Positions 1 through 9,330 of a DNA stretch of 64,000 bases are shown in pieces. The stretch is taken from positions 64,001 to 128,000 of the IMG/VR virus record IMGVR_UViG_3300046522_000316; one strand, written 5' to 3'. This DNA is from a virus (Duplodnaviria > Caudoviricetes). The notes below the pieces were generated by a model. It ran no database searches. It had not been told where the DNA came from and saw only the letters and a list, made by a program, of their open reading frames with translations. The first letter of the stretch is position 1. Each line of letters opens with the position of its first letter. Position numbers and translations under genes: made by a program.

Positions 1-609
1 ATCAATACCGCCATCAGCAGCACCGACGTTGATGTAATAGGCGAGTTCGTCTTCTGCTTCGTCGCCTTCAGCACGATTTTCAACGTGCGTTTTTTCCATG
101 CCGTCGAAATACTTCTGAATGCGCTTGAACAGATCGCCAACTTCGTCAGGCATTACGTTGTCGGACATTTCCGACATTGCGTGCAGCGCTTCGGCGTAAA
201 CTTCAGCCAGTGCGTTGCGGTTTTTGATCATGTCTTTGACTAGCGCTTTCATGCCTTCGTTTTCGGTGGCACTGCACTTGTCGATAATGGCGTCGAGTTC
301 GTCAATCGCGCCGCGCATTTCGAGGGCGTCGATATTCTTTTGCAGCTGACGCGGGCCGGGCATCTTGATCTTTTGAACGGTCAGGCCGTAACCGCCCGCG
401 CCACCTTTGCTATCGGAACCGCCGCGAACTTCGCGAACCTTTACCGAACTTGCAGTGGCTACTTTCGAGCGGAAAGCTTTACCGAAAAAGATACGCAACA
501 GGCTGGTGAATTTCGACAACAGACGGCGGTACGAAGACTTCCGTTTGCTGTAGTATTTTGCAGCCTGTTCCGGCGTCATACGCTGGATGAAACTCAGGTC
601 TTGTTTCAT
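1..609 (-). CDS. Hypothetical protein, runs off the window edge (possibly virion-associated)
   Basis: ATG at 609 directly after the stop of the upstream ORF; frame open to position 1 (MKQDLSFIQRMTPEQAAKYYSKRK...). Not in the ORF track. Confidence 0.75.
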   Translation of the reverse strand, partial: MKQDLSFIQRMTPEQAAKYYSKRKSSYRRLLSKFTSLLRIFFGKAFRSKVATASSVKVREVRGGSDSKGGAGGYGLTVQKIKMPGPRQLQKNIDALEMRGAIDELDAIIDKCSATENEGMKALVKDMIKNRNALAEVYAEALHAMSEMSDNVMPDEVGDLFKRIQKYFDGMEKTHVENRAEGDEAEDELAYYINVGAADGGID

Positions 610-1608
610 TTAGGATTCCATGATTGTGTTGAGTTTGTCTTTTTCTGTTTTGCCGACGTTGAGTAACTTCGTCAGCTTATTCAGGGATCGCACATCGTAG
701 ATTTTCCGACGGCCCACGATGAAGGAAATCATGAAATTGTTTCCATATTGCGACACGCGATGGATGATATCGGTGTTCGGCAAATTCACAGCCCGGCGCA
801 GATACGGCAATACGCGGGTCAGGAACTTATTGATATCTTCCGGCTTCACAAACGGTTTCAACACAACGTTTAGGCGGTCGTCAGTTACATCGACGCTTTT
901 CACCAGTTTGGAAGCGAGCAATTTATCGTCTTTCGGCACCGGTTTGTCGATGTAATCGAAATCGGAAAGATTGCCCATGATGTAGGTCTGCACGTCCTTT
1001 GCCGAATCAACGCCGGTTTCTTCTGACAATACAAACGGGGAATCAGGAATTGCGATGCGGTATTGCCCGCCGTACAGCGTGAGCTTAACGGTGATTGGCC
1101 CGCTAACGAATCCGTTTTTATCCTGCACACCATTGTCTGTCCGGAAACAAATCATTTGGTATTCAGGCAAACGAATATGCAATTGCGTTGTGTGGCTGAT
1201 CTTCGAAAGGAAACGATATACAATTTCCGACAGATAATTGAGGTGCTTGTCCATTCGACTGGAACAAACGCTATCAATCAAATCCATCAAAGTCTTTTGG
1301 AATGCACGAATGTTCTGTTGCTGTGCGGCAATCATTTGGAAACAGCGATCACGTTTGGAATCGCTAAAGTCTTGAGCGACGGTGCGCGCACAACGAAGTT
1401 CCACCAATGAATCGACGCAGAATGTCAGAGCTTCCACACCATCGGATACCTTGAGGAATGGCAGCTTCTTTTGGTTGAATTTCGAAACCAAAACGCTGGT
1501 AGCCGTGTTGATCCGGGTTAATACCGTTACGACTTCGTTTGCGTTTCGGGCATTTTTAAGATCAATGATATTGGGGTTATCATCAATGTATTTTGATTGT
1601 ATTTGCAA
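610..1608 (-). CDS. Hypothetical phage protein (332 aa)
   Basis: Long ORF with phage-like codon usage and an AT-rich upstream region. Confidence 0.8.
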   Translation of the reverse strand: MQIQSKYIDDNPNIIDLKNARNANEVVTVLTRINTATSVLVSKFNQKKLPFLKVSDGVEALTFCVDSLVELRCARTVAQDFSDSKRDRCFQMIAAQQQNIRAFQKTLMDLIDSVCSSRMDKHLNYLSEIVYRFLSKISHTTQLHIRLPEYQMICFRTDNGVQDKNGFVSGPITVKLTLYGGQYRIAIPDSPFVLSEETGVDSAKDVQTYIMGNLSDFDYIDKPVPKDDKLLASKLVKSVDVTDDRLNVVLKPFVKPEDINKFLTRVLPYLRRAVNLPNTDIIHRVSQYGNNFMISFIVGRRKIYDVRSLNKLTKLLNVGKTEKDKLNTIMES

Positions 1609-1660
1609 TGCACGTACACCCGAATATGTGGATATACAATTAAATTATGGTCTAGATAGC

Positions 1661-1700
1661 AAAAAACCCGCCTCCCCTTTTACAGAGAGACGGGTTTTTT
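1661..1700. terminator. Rho-independent terminator (bidirectional form) ending the histone-like gene
   Basis: AAAAAACCCG...CGGGTTTTTT inverted repeat with A/T tracts on both sides. Confidence 0.85.
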
Positions 1701-1726
1701 GTTTGAATCAAACTACGAATCGCGTA

Positions 1727-3130
1727 TTAGGCGAAACGAGCTTTTGGAACGGCACCACCGGATTTCTTACCAGCTGCTGCTTTGGCCGGTGCGGCTTTGG
1801 CGCTAGGCGCTTTAGCTGCTGGCTTTTTCGCGGCGGCTTTTTTGGTTGGTGCTTTGGCTGCTTTGGCCGGGGCCTTAGCTGCTTTGGCTGGTGCCTTGGC
1901 GGATTTCTTTTCAGCGGCTTTGGCCGGAGCTTTTGCAGCGGCTTTCACCGGTGCTTTGGCTTCAGTTTCTTTCGCTTTGTTTTTCGAACCAGCCGGACGG
2001 CCACGCTTTTTCGCAGGAGCTTCAGCGGCTGGCGCTTTGGCTGCTGGCTTTTTAGCGGCGGCTTTTTTGGTTGGTGCTTTTGCTGCTGGCTTTGCAGCCG
2101 GTGCAGCTTCAGCTTTCGGTTTGTTTTTGGTGCCAGCCGGGCGACCGCGTTTCTTGGCTGCTGGTGCAGCTGGAGCGGCGGCAGTTTCTTTCGGCTTGTT
2201 TTTGGTGCCAGCTGGACGACCGCGTTTTTTCGCAGGTGCTGCTTCAGCGGCTGGCGCTTTTGCGGCTGGTGCTTTTTTCGCGGCTTTCGCGGCTGGTGCC
2301 GGTGCAGCAGTTTCTTTCGGCTTGTTCTTCACGCCAGCAGGACGACCGCGTTTCTTGGCCGGTGCAGCGGCGGCAGGAGCCGGGGCGTTCGAAGCGGCTG
2401 GTTTAGCAGCTGCTTTAGGCGCCTTTTTGGTCACGCCACCAGCGGCTTTTTTGGCTGCTGGTTTTTTGGTGCCGAAGTGTTTTGCAGCAATGCGTGCAAC
2501 GCCGTCTTTCGCAGCTTTCGCGCCGATATCAACCAGACGTTTGCCTGCGGACGAAATCGGTTTGGCTTTGAAATTGCTGATCAGGGACTTCAGGGAGAAT
2601 TTACCCTTCGGTTTGATTTTCGCCATTGCCTGACGGTGGCTGGCGGCAGCTTTGGTACGCTCGGCGGCGAGGTTTTTACGCTCGTTCGCGTAGCGGGATT
2701 TTTCGGCTTGACGCATCGCGGCGCGTTTGGCTGGAGCGACTTTCGCAGAACGGATCTTGCTCAGTGCTTTCTGGTGAGCGCTTTGCAGGCCCAGCGATTT
2801 TTTCCGGATTTGTTCACGGATTTGACGCTGTGCAGCAGTCACTTCACGCTTTTGACCAGCGGCGTGCGAACCAGCGGCGCGGTGCTTACGGCGTTTTTTC
2901 CACGCGGCAACCACTTTCTTCGCTTCGGCTTCGGTGGCACCGTGGCGCATGGCCTTGGTGAACACTTGGCGAGCGTGGAACTTCAGCTTTTCAGCAGGAG
3001 TCATGGTTTTGTAGCGTTGTTTGGCAAGCTTGTTCAGCTTGTTTTTGTTTTTCCGGCGGTAGACTTTGCCTTTCTTGGCCTCTTTAATGGCCTCGGCTCC
3101 CTTCCGCTTTTGTACGACTTTCATAACCAT
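1727..3130 (-). CDS. Histone H1/AlgP-like Lys/Ala/Pro-rich DNA-binding protein with four AT-hook motifs
   Basis: PAKKAA-type repeats; four KKRGRPAG motifs with the AT-hook RGRP core. Confidence 0.8.
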   Translation of the reverse strand: MVMKVVQKRKGAEAIKEAKKGKVYRRKNKNKLNKLAKQRYKTMTPAEKLKFHARQVFTKAMRHGATEAEAKKVVAAWKKRRKHRAAGSHAAGQKREVTAAQRQIREQIRKKSLGLQSAHQKALSKIRSAKVAPAKRAAMRQAEKSRYANERKNLAAERTKAAASHRQAMAKIKPKGKFSLKSLISNFKAKPISSAGKRLVDIGAKAAKDGVARIAAKHFGTKKPAAKKAAGGVTKKAPKAAAKPAASNAPAPAAAAPAKKRGRPAGVKNKPKETAAPAPAAKAAKKAPAAKAPAAEAAPAKKRGRPAGTKNKPKETAAAPAAPAAKKRGRPAGTKNKPKAEAAPAAKPAAKAPTKKAAAKKPAAKAPAAEAPAKKRGRPAGSKNKAKETEAKAPVKAAAKAPAKAAEKKSAKAPAKAAKAPAKAAKAPTKKAAAKKPAAKAPSAKAAPAKAAAGKKSGGAVPKARFA

Positions 3131-3240
3131 CGTGCGAATCCTCGATTAAGGGTGTGTAGTTGGCTTAATCGTAGCGCCACGATGCGTACCAACTAATAAT
3201 AAATTAGTATTATCCGAATTAATTAAAAGTTCCGGTACGG

Positions 3241-4290
3241 TCAGGAAAAGCCGAGGGCGTTGCGGGCTTTATTCGCCTCCTTTAACGTCAATTTTATTTC
3301 CTTTTGATCCAGCCCTTCGGCCCCAAGGAATGCTTCCAAACCGAATAGCGGATCAATGTCGGCTCGTTCGATTTTAATCGTTTCAATATCCGTATTATCT
3401 ACGGATTTATTTCCCGTCCAATGAATGCCCCCGGTAATATTCGGATATTGCAGCATTAAATCGGCAGGCATTGGCACTTCAGGATTGAAATGCAGTTTAT
3501 AACGGATATTCGAATCGTGCTTCAGTTTCTTCAGATCATTGAGGTCATCAATAACCAGATTAATCAGCGTGAAGCCCGGTTTATTCTCGACGAATTTGTG
3601 TTCGAATTCAATCTTGTTATCGACCAACGTCGCCCGGAAATGAATGAACCCTTTAGGCAACGCTTCACCGAAATTCTTTTGGAACGGATTACCGCAATAA
3701 ACCGCACGCTTCGATTTCATGTACTGGTATTGATGGATATGACCGCTGATTGTGAAATCGTTTTTGTGCGCTTGCAGTTCGTGCTTCGTTTTCAATGCCC
3801 GGCCATTGTCACCAATCGCCCCGGTATATTCCACGTGTGCGATATTCAACGCGCCTTCTTTTTTCGACAACGATTTCAGGCACGGATAAGGCAGCAGGTT
3901 GACCGGCACGCCGTCGATTTCTACGCGCTCAGGTTTCAATACGATTTTGAGATTTTTGAATGCACGCGTCTTGCTCAAACGGTACATGAAATTCATCGAC
4001 ATTTTCTCGACGTTTTCAAAGTCGTGATTGCCTGCCACGTAAATGATGGTCAGCAGCTTGTCGTATTTGTAGAACAGGTTAAACAGTTTGGTGTAAGTGT
4101 CGAACGGCAGGTTCGGTGTATCGGTAATGTCGCCGGGAAACAGCACGTATTTAATGCCGTTATTCAGCGCGTATTGAAAAATCTTTTCACCCTCGGCCAG
4201 AATGCGATCATCGCCGTCCGAGAAATGTTTATTCAAACCGGTCAGGTGCCAGTCACTGGTGGAAATGCCTTCAAACGATGGGTTCGACAC
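3241..4290 (-). CDS. sbcD: SbcD/Mre11-family metallophosphoesterase nuclease
   Basis: Motifs SDWH, GD, GNHD and GHIH; SbcC partner at 9604-11907. Confidence 0.9.
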   Translation of the reverse strand: MSNPSFEGISTSDWHLTGLNKHFSDGDDRILAEGEKIFQYALNNGIKYVLFPGDITDTPNLPFDTYTKLFNLFYKYDKLLTIIYVAGNHDFENVEKMSMNFMYRLSKTRAFKNLKIVLKPERVEIDGVPVNLLPYPCLKSLSKKEGALNIAHVEYTGAIGDNGRALKTKHELQAHKNDFTISGHIHQYQYMKSKRAVYCGNPFQKNFGEALPKGFIHFRATLVDNKIEFEHKFVENKPGFTLINLVIDDLNDLKKLKHDSNIRYKLHFNPEVPMPADLMLQYPNITGGIHWTGNKSVDNTDIETIKIERADIDPLFGLEAFLGAEGLDQKEIKLTLKEANKARNALGFS

Positions 4291-4299
4291 TGGTTGTTC

Positions 4300-4605
4300 C
4301 TATTTACGAGTCCATGAGAGTTCCAAATCGTAACCGAGTTTGGTGGCGATCACGATTAACACATCGAGGTCGGCATGCACCAATTTCTCATGGTCATTTT
4401 CTGGAACTTCGTCATAGAAATACGGAGTGAGTTCGCGATTCAGCGGCCCGCCCATGACAAGGTATTTACTGCGCACAAATTCACGAAAAAGGCGGTCATG
4501 GTCGAGACGCGGTTTGCCCTTGAGTGAGGGCCGGGATTGACGATCCAATTCGTTGATGATCAGAGCGTAAAGTTCCCGCTTCATTTTATTTACAGTATGG
4601 TTCAT
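4300..4605 (-). CDS. Hypothetical protein
   Basis: ATG at 4605 overlaps the upstream stop (ATGA), so it is preferred over the 4653 start. Confidence 0.7.
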   Translation of the reverse strand: MNHTVNKMKRELYALIINELDRQSRPSLKGKPRLDHDRLFREFVRSKYLVMGGPLNRELTPYFYDEVPENDHEKLVHADLDVLIVIATKLGYDLELSWTRK

Positions 4606-4994
4606 TCGCGATTTACCGTGACCGTGAAGTGGATGCGTTTGAGGGGCTGGCACAACTGGAATTCGGTGTAGACAGTGCCGAGTTGCTTGCGCCCTACTTT
4701 GTGCGCGTGGCGGCGACCGTACAGCGTGAGGTCAAGGATTTTCTTTCCGTCCGTATCGTTGAGGCGAACAACGCAGCGATTTTTAATATCGTGGATTGAG
4801 TAGGCCGCAACCTGTGCCGAAAACGGATCGTAAATGGCGCCACTCGTTTTGAGGTCTTCCATGAATTCGCTAATGTGTTTGCCGAATTCTTCGCGCTCAC
4901 GTTTTTCGTCACGCGGTGCCGTTACGATTTCTTCAACCTGTTGCTGGATGTGAGCCAACAGGCGGCGCGCATTGATCTTTTCGAGCGGAGTCAT
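4602..4994 (-). CDS. Hypothetical protein
   Basis: Translationally coupled ORF in the - strand operon. Confidence 0.7.
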   Translation of the reverse strand: MTPLEKINARRLLAHIQQQVEEIVTAPRDEKREREEFGKHISEFMEDLKTSGAIYDPFSAQVAAYSIHDIKNRCVVRLNDTDGKKILDLTLYGRRHAHKVGRKQLGTVYTEFQLCQPLKRIHFTVTVNRE

Positions 4995-5308
4995 GCGAGA
5001 TTCCTGTGACGAAGGCGCAGGCAGGAGCCGGGATAAAGAACTTTCGGATCAAACAGATTATTGATGAACGCCACACGGTCGGCGTCCACTTCAAAACGCT
5101 GTGCAATCTCCACCAATTTGTCGTTGGTTTTGATGTGGTAAATGTTGTAGCGGTCGCCCAGTTCACGTTCGTACTGAACATCGCTGAAACATTCGGCGGG
5201 CGGCGTGTAAACGCAACGTGTGCGAAAGATCGGAACGTCCAGCGGATTCAATTGCGCGGCCAGCATTTCGATTTGTTCTTCGCGGTCTAGCTCGACAACT
5301 GCATTCAT
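4991..5308 (-). CDS. LysM-domain protein
   Basis: YHIKTNDKLVEIAQRFEVDADRVAFINNLFDPKVLYPGSCLRL fits the LysM consensus. Confidence 0.75.
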   Translation of the reverse strand: MNAVVELDREEQIEMLAAQLNPLDVPIFRTRCVYTPPAECFSDVQYERELGDRYNIYHIKTNDKLVEIAQRFEVDADRVAFINNLFDPKVLYPGSCLRLRHRNLA

Positions 5309-5715
5309 TGGGCGTCCTCAACGGATTTATAACGATCTTCCCACTCAACAGCCGGGGGATTTTCTGGATCGAATTCGTACAGGCCTTCGTGGCCCGTGAT
5401 TTCCGAAATGGTGATGCGACGATTACCGCCACGGCTCCCGGCTTCCCACACTTCACAATCGAAGAAAGCAACGAGAACATCACGCAGCGTAGGGAACAAT
5501 TCTTTGATTCGTTCCCAACTTTCGTTTTCAAGCATTTCGGTGACGTAAACCCACGACGCATCCTCTTCCGCACGCAGCACGCAGTGGATTGGTTCCTGCC
5601 CACGAATACGGATTTCTTCAAACGTGAGTTTCAGTTTCAGAAGTTCATGCATCGCCATCGTCGTCACCGGGTTTTTCGTTGATAAGGGCCAGACCTTTTT
5701 TGGTGGCCCAACCAC
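5305..5715 (-). CDS. Hypothetical protein (true start probably an internal Met near 5655)
   Basis: Coupled ORF in the operon. Confidence 0.65.
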   Translation of the reverse strand: MVGPPKKVWPLSTKNPVTTMAMHELLKLKLTFEEIRIRGQEPIHCVLRAEEDASWVYVTEMLENESWERIKELFPTLRDVLVAFFDCEVWEAGSRGGNRRITISEITGHEGLYEFDPENPPAVEWEDRYKSVEDAQ

Positions 5716-5896
5716 TGTTCAGGCTCACACCGTAGTCGATGTATCCGCGATCCGCTGCACGCTCCATTGCGCGCCAGCAAACTTTTTCGGATTCACCGGT
5801 TGTTTCAATCAATACGGCGAGCGGAGATAACGCGAATTCTTGCCGCCAGACATAAGCATCAACCACCATGCGATCGGTTACGTCTTTCCGGGCCAT
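5645..5896 (-). CDS. Small phage protein, possibly winged-helix
   Basis: EKVCWRAMERAADRGYIDYGVS..GW.T.KG pattern resembles a small phage protein family. Confidence 0.7.
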   Translation of the reverse strand: MARKDVTDRMVVDAYVWRQEFALSPLAVLIETTGESEKVCWRAMERAADRGYIDYGVSLNSGWATKKGLALINEKPGDDDGDA

Positions 5897-5899
5897 TTT

Positions 5900-6247
5900 T
5901 TAATCCCCTGTAATTGGTTTCCAAAGTTTCGCGTATTTCAAAACATTCGGAAGGTTGTCACTCTGCACGGGCAGCACCACAAGGCACGACGGTTCCCCGT
6001 TGCAGATTGTGTTTTCGTGGCCTTGGTGACATGCCAAAGTTTCACGGATTTTATCGAACTCACGGCGAGTAACACGCACCGTTACTTTGCGGAAAGAGTG
6101 AATAAACCATTCGATGTATTCGGGATATTTTGGATCGTCGAAAATCGTATGGGCAGTCAGGATGGAATGCGCAACCAATGTCGGCACCATGTAATCAGGT
6201 GCTTCGTCGAGAACTGCGATGTACATTTTGCTGTAGCGTTCGTTCAT
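5900..6247 (-). CDS. Peptidyl-tRNA hydrolase type 2 (Pth2)-like protein
   Basis: KMYIAV...VAHS...W...FRKVTVRV...SCLVVLP follows the Pth2 motif order. Confidence 0.6.
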   Translation of the reverse strand: MNERYSKMYIAVLDEAPDYMVPTLVAHSILTAHTIFDDPKYPEYIEWFIHSFRKVTVRVTRREFDKIRETLACHQGHENTICNGEPSCLVVLPVQSDNLPNVLKYAKLWKPITGD

Positions 6248-6645
6248 GCTTCTACCGTTTCAATTTGCCAGTCGATGCTGTAGGTTTTCGCGAACACTTG
6301 CGCCAGACGCAGTGAACGGAATTTGATTTTGAAACAGGGCCAACTGTACTCAACAACCGCACCGCCCGGCACGCCGTAAACGACGTAAGGTTTTACAACC
6401 GGCTGGGGTTCGGCTGCTTTCATCCAGTCACGCACGAATTTCGTCACAGGGCTGTGCGAATTATCCACGACTTCGCAATGGTGCGTCAGCTTGGGCGGTT
6501 TCACCAGACAACCGGAAGGTTTATTCGTGAGTTCGAATCCTTGCAGGCCTTCGACAAAGGCGCCGGTAGCTTCCAGAGACAGCGGAATATTTTCGAAAGT
6601 TACCTGATATTTGCGCAGGTCTTCCGGGCAAATGTTCCCGATCAT
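6244..6645 (-). CDS. Hypothetical protein
   Basis: Coupled ORF. Confidence 0.7.
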   Translation of the reverse strand: MIGNICPEDLRKYQVTFENIPLSLEATGAFVEGLQGFELTNKPSGCLVKPPKLTHHCEVVDNSHSPVTKFVRDWMKAAEPQPVVKPYVVYGVPGGAVVEYSWPCFKIKFRSLRLAQVFAKTYSIDWQIETVEA

Positions 6646-7037
6646 TCCAGCACTTCCATCATGAGGCGATCAACGCTCAGGCCGATACGCTGGCACATGC
6701 CGGTCAACTGGTCACGGCTCAGACGATCAATGCGGCCCTGCAAAATATCGTCAAGGCGATTGTTGGAAATGTTCAACTGCTGACAAATCACTTCGGGGTT
6801 TTGGCCGAGACGTTTGATTTCACGACCGAGGGCGCGCAGCAGGTAGCTACGAATTTTCATGGCGAGCGATTCTTCAGGGTTTTCGCAGATCGCATCCCAC
6901 ACGCTTTCGTAACACTGGCGTTTGGTTTCTTCGTCCACGGAACTTTTGACGATATCGACCACCAGCACATTTTGGTCAATGGCTTCAGGCGGGTTGTTGG
7001 TGTGGTCGCAGATAACCGTATATTCGTGTCGGCTCAT
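6642..7037 (-). CDS. XRE-family HTH protein (HigA2/HTH_37-like C-terminus)
   Basis: EVICQQLNISNNRLDDILQGRIDRLSRDQL. Confidence 0.7.
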   Translation of the reverse strand: MSRHEYTVICDHTNNPPEAIDQNVLVVDIVKSSVDEETKRQCYESVWDAICENPEESLAMKIRSYLLRALGREIKRLGQNPEVICQQLNISNNRLDDILQGRIDRLSRDQLTGMCQRIGLSVDRLMMEVLE

Positions 7038-7537
7038 TTTCTTTTTGTCCAGTGGTTGTATTCAGGAATGCGGCACCCCTTCATTTCGACGCGAGCCAAA
7101 CGGGCCGAGCGGTATTTGAAGACGTAGTGCTGGTTTTCTACGCCACGCTCACGCACATAAACTTCAACGCCACGCGTCGTGTGCTTGAGAACGAAATAGT
7201 ATTTGGATTGTGGCTGAACTTCGCGGAAAGGATCGCAGTGGATTTCCATTCCGTGGATATGGCCGATTTTCCCGGTGAACACGGCTTCCAGTTCGACCGG
7301 CTGTTTCTCGATGATTGTTTCACCACCGTCAGAAACTTTCACGCATTTACGTTGCGGCAAATCAATCGGGAACGATGCCGGAAAACTCCACATTGTCCAC
7401 CGGCCCTTTTTAGGCAAACGACCGCCGAACGGACACGGCTCTGTCGGTTTGCACGGCGTGGAAATGGAAAGCAATTTCGCGCTGTCAGCCATTGACCAAC
7501 CGCGTTGCACTTCGGAACCGAATACATTTACATGCAT
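7034..7537 (-). CDS. Hypothetical protein
   Basis: Coupled ORF. Confidence 0.65.
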   Translation of the reverse strand: MHVNVFGSEVQRGWSMADSAKLLSISTPCKPTEPCPFGGRLPKKGRWTMWSFPASFPIDLPQRKCVKVSDGGETIIEKQPVELEAVFTGKIGHIHGMEIHCDPFREVQPQSKYYFVLKHTTRGVEVYVRERGVENQHYVFKYRSARLARVEMKGCRIPEYNHWTKRK

Positions 7538-7932
7538 GGATCAATCACCCGTTCCGCTTTTTTAAATTTCAGGTTTTTCATGTGGGTTTTGAATGCCACA
7601 CGGGCCAGACGCAGCGAGCGGAAAGACTTACCGAACATCACAGCACCTTTCCGAGTAGCACGACAGAACAGGCGTGGCGACATGATGCGGCGGTATGTGC
7701 GTTCGAACACTTTGCGCATGGCTTCCGAATGCAAATTCGATACACGCATGCGATTGTTCATCGACGCTTCGAAAAACGAAACGCTGGTATCACATCCGCT
7801 AGTCAGGAATTCTTCGGAAATTCCGAGTGCAGCCATTCGCAGTTTTGTCAGTTGTTCAATTTCTTCACTGATCGGCAAACGCCAATCCGAGATTTGAATG
7901 CTTTCAGATTTGTCAGGCTGGATAATGGTCAT
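7528..7932 (-). CDS. Hypothetical protein with a possible portal-like segment
   Basis: ATG at 7932 overlaps the stop of 7929-8078 and follows an AGGAGG RBS; contains KLRMAALGISEEFL. Confidence 0.65.
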   Translation of the reverse strand: MTIIQPDKSESIQISDWRLPISEEIEQLTKLRMAALGISEEFLTSGCDTSVSFFEASMNNRMRVSNLHSEAMRKVFERTYRRIMSPRLFCRATRKGAVMFGKSFRSLRLARVAFKTHMKNLKFKKAERVIDPCM

Positions 7933-8078
7933 GGTACACCTCCTAACACGTGAATGATTTTGTTGCAGCGCTTGCACCGCCAGCATGCCCACCGACAGTT
8001 ATCGGACGAATTACGCCAACGGTGTTTAAATAGGCACAGCAACTTGAATTTTTGTGGTTCGCCATCAACGTTTTTCAT
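7929..8078 (-). CDS. 49-aa Cys-rich protein (DUF1660-like)
   Basis: MKNVDGEPQKFKLLCLFKHRWRNSSDNCRWACWRCKRCNKIIHVLGGVP; ATGA overlaps at both ends; below the ORF track cutoff. Confidence 0.7.
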   Translation of the reverse strand: MKNVDGEPQKFKLLCLFKHRWRNSSDNCRWACWRCKRCNKIIHVLGGVP

Positions 8079-8800
8079 GGGTCAATTAGCGCATCCGCTG
8101 CGCCCCGGTTGATTGCACGGATATAACGCATTTCGTATGCGCTGATTTTAAGTTTCATTGCCACGTCGTCTTCGTCGCCGTCCATTTGCAGACCTTCGCG
8201 GTAAATTGCAACCACGTCAGAACTCAGCAGGGCGACCAAACGTTCCACTTGTTTGTCGGACATGTGTACGCTTTTACGAAGCTTCTCAATTCGGTTATTG
8301 AGTTGGCGATATGTTTCGGTTGAGGCCAGCCATTTGCACGCCATTTGCCGCACAGGAAGTTGGTGCGAATCTTTTGGCATGCTGTAGATAAACGTCATGA
8401 AATTTGTGAAGAACGTTTGCTGACTTGAGGCGTGTTTCTTGGCGGCTTGGATCATGTCGAATTTACGACGGCCACCAGTGGTGTTCTTTGCAGGCGGCAA
8501 GCCTTTGAATTCCAGCAGCGTGTATCCGTCCACGTGGAAGTCTTCGGCCTGTTTGTAATCAACGGGCACAATATCAAACGGTGCCAAAGAAATCGGGTCA
8601 TCGCAGACGTAACAAATGCAATCCGTTTTGTCTGCGAGGGCACGATGGGTTTCGAAGCTCACAGCGTCGATAAAAATCAAATGCTTCCGAGCTTCGAAGT
8701 CAGCGCCAAGCATGGCGATTTGTGCGCGGGGCACTCCGAGTCCACGAAGATGCACCAAAACTTTATCCGGCGCTGTGTGCGCAAAACCGTAGGCGATCAT
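8075..8800 (-). CDS. Hypothetical protein with a possible C-terminal HTH
   Basis: 241-aa ORF ending ...DDVAMKLKISAYEMRYI. Confidence 0.75.
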   Translation of the reverse strand: MIAYGFAHTAPDKVLVHLRGLGVPRAQIAMLGADFEARKHLIFIDAVSFETHRALADKTDCICYVCDDPISLAPFDIVPVDYKQAEDFHVDGYTLLEFKGLPPAKNTTGGRRKFDMIQAAKKHASSQQTFFTNFMTFIYSMPKDSHQLPVRQMACKWLASTETYRQLNNRIEKLRKSVHMSDKQVERLVALLSSDVVAIYREGLQMDGDEDDVAMKLKISAYEMRYIRAINRGAADALIDP

Positions 8801-8934
8801 TTGCTATTTTTTACCTTCAGCTTTTTGTGCATGGCGCGGCACAGGGTCAGCGCGTCCGAATGGAACTTGGCGGCTGCACCGTGAAAGGTAAGGGTGTTCT
8901 GGAATTTCAGAATACGCAGGTCAGTATTGTTCAT
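8797..8934 (-). CDS. 45-aa hypothetical protein
   Basis: MNNTDLRILKFQNTLTFHGAAAKFHSDALTLCRAMHKKLKVKNSK; ATGA overlaps at both ends. Confidence 0.65.
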   Translation of the reverse strand: MNNTDLRILKFQNTLTFHGAAAKFHSDALTLCRAMHKKLKVKNSK

Positions 8935-9032
8935 TTGATTTTCCCGGCCATTGGCCCTGTGTGTTCGATGGTTTTTCCGATTTCAATCATTGTCGCAAAT
9001 TGATCCCGGTTTTCTTCGATGTATTTCTGCAT
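8931..9032 (-). CDS. 33-aa hypothetical protein
   Basis: MQKYIEENRDQF...; its stop overlaps the next ATG. Confidence 0.45.
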   Translation of the reverse strand: MQKYIEENRDQFATMIEIGKTIEHTGPMAGKIK

Positions 9033-9036
9033 CCGT

Positions 9037-9330
9037 TCAATGCCGCGTTGGAGCTTGTGTTCCTTTTTCGACTGCAACTTCGGTTTGTTCTTCGAGCGCA
9101 TCTTTGTGGTTCCGTTCGATCCATTCAAGTACGCGCACCTTTTCAACCGCGATGGCGTCGGTCATCTGCTCAAACATATCTGGCAGCAGCTGCATTGCAA
9201 GTGGCTGGCGAGGCAATTCCACTTCACAGCGAACGCCGATACCGTGAACCATTTGCAGCGCTTTGATCATCCAGAATTCCGAATGCGGCGTACAAGTCCA
9301 CTGCGTTTTGTTATTGCGTTGGTCGATCAT
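9037..9330 (-). CDS. Hypothetical protein
   Basis: Coupled ORF. Confidence 0.65.
   Translation of the reverse strand: MIDQRNNKTQWTCTPHSEFWMIKALQMVHGIGVRCEVELPRQPLAMQLLPDMFEQMTDAIAVEKVRVLEWIERNHKDALEEQTEVAVEKGTQAPTRH

Noticed and set aside
1382-3196. 604-aa and 283-aa + strand ORFs
   Set aside because: Antisense to the repetitive H1-like gene; the F/G/C-rich translation is a mirror artefact
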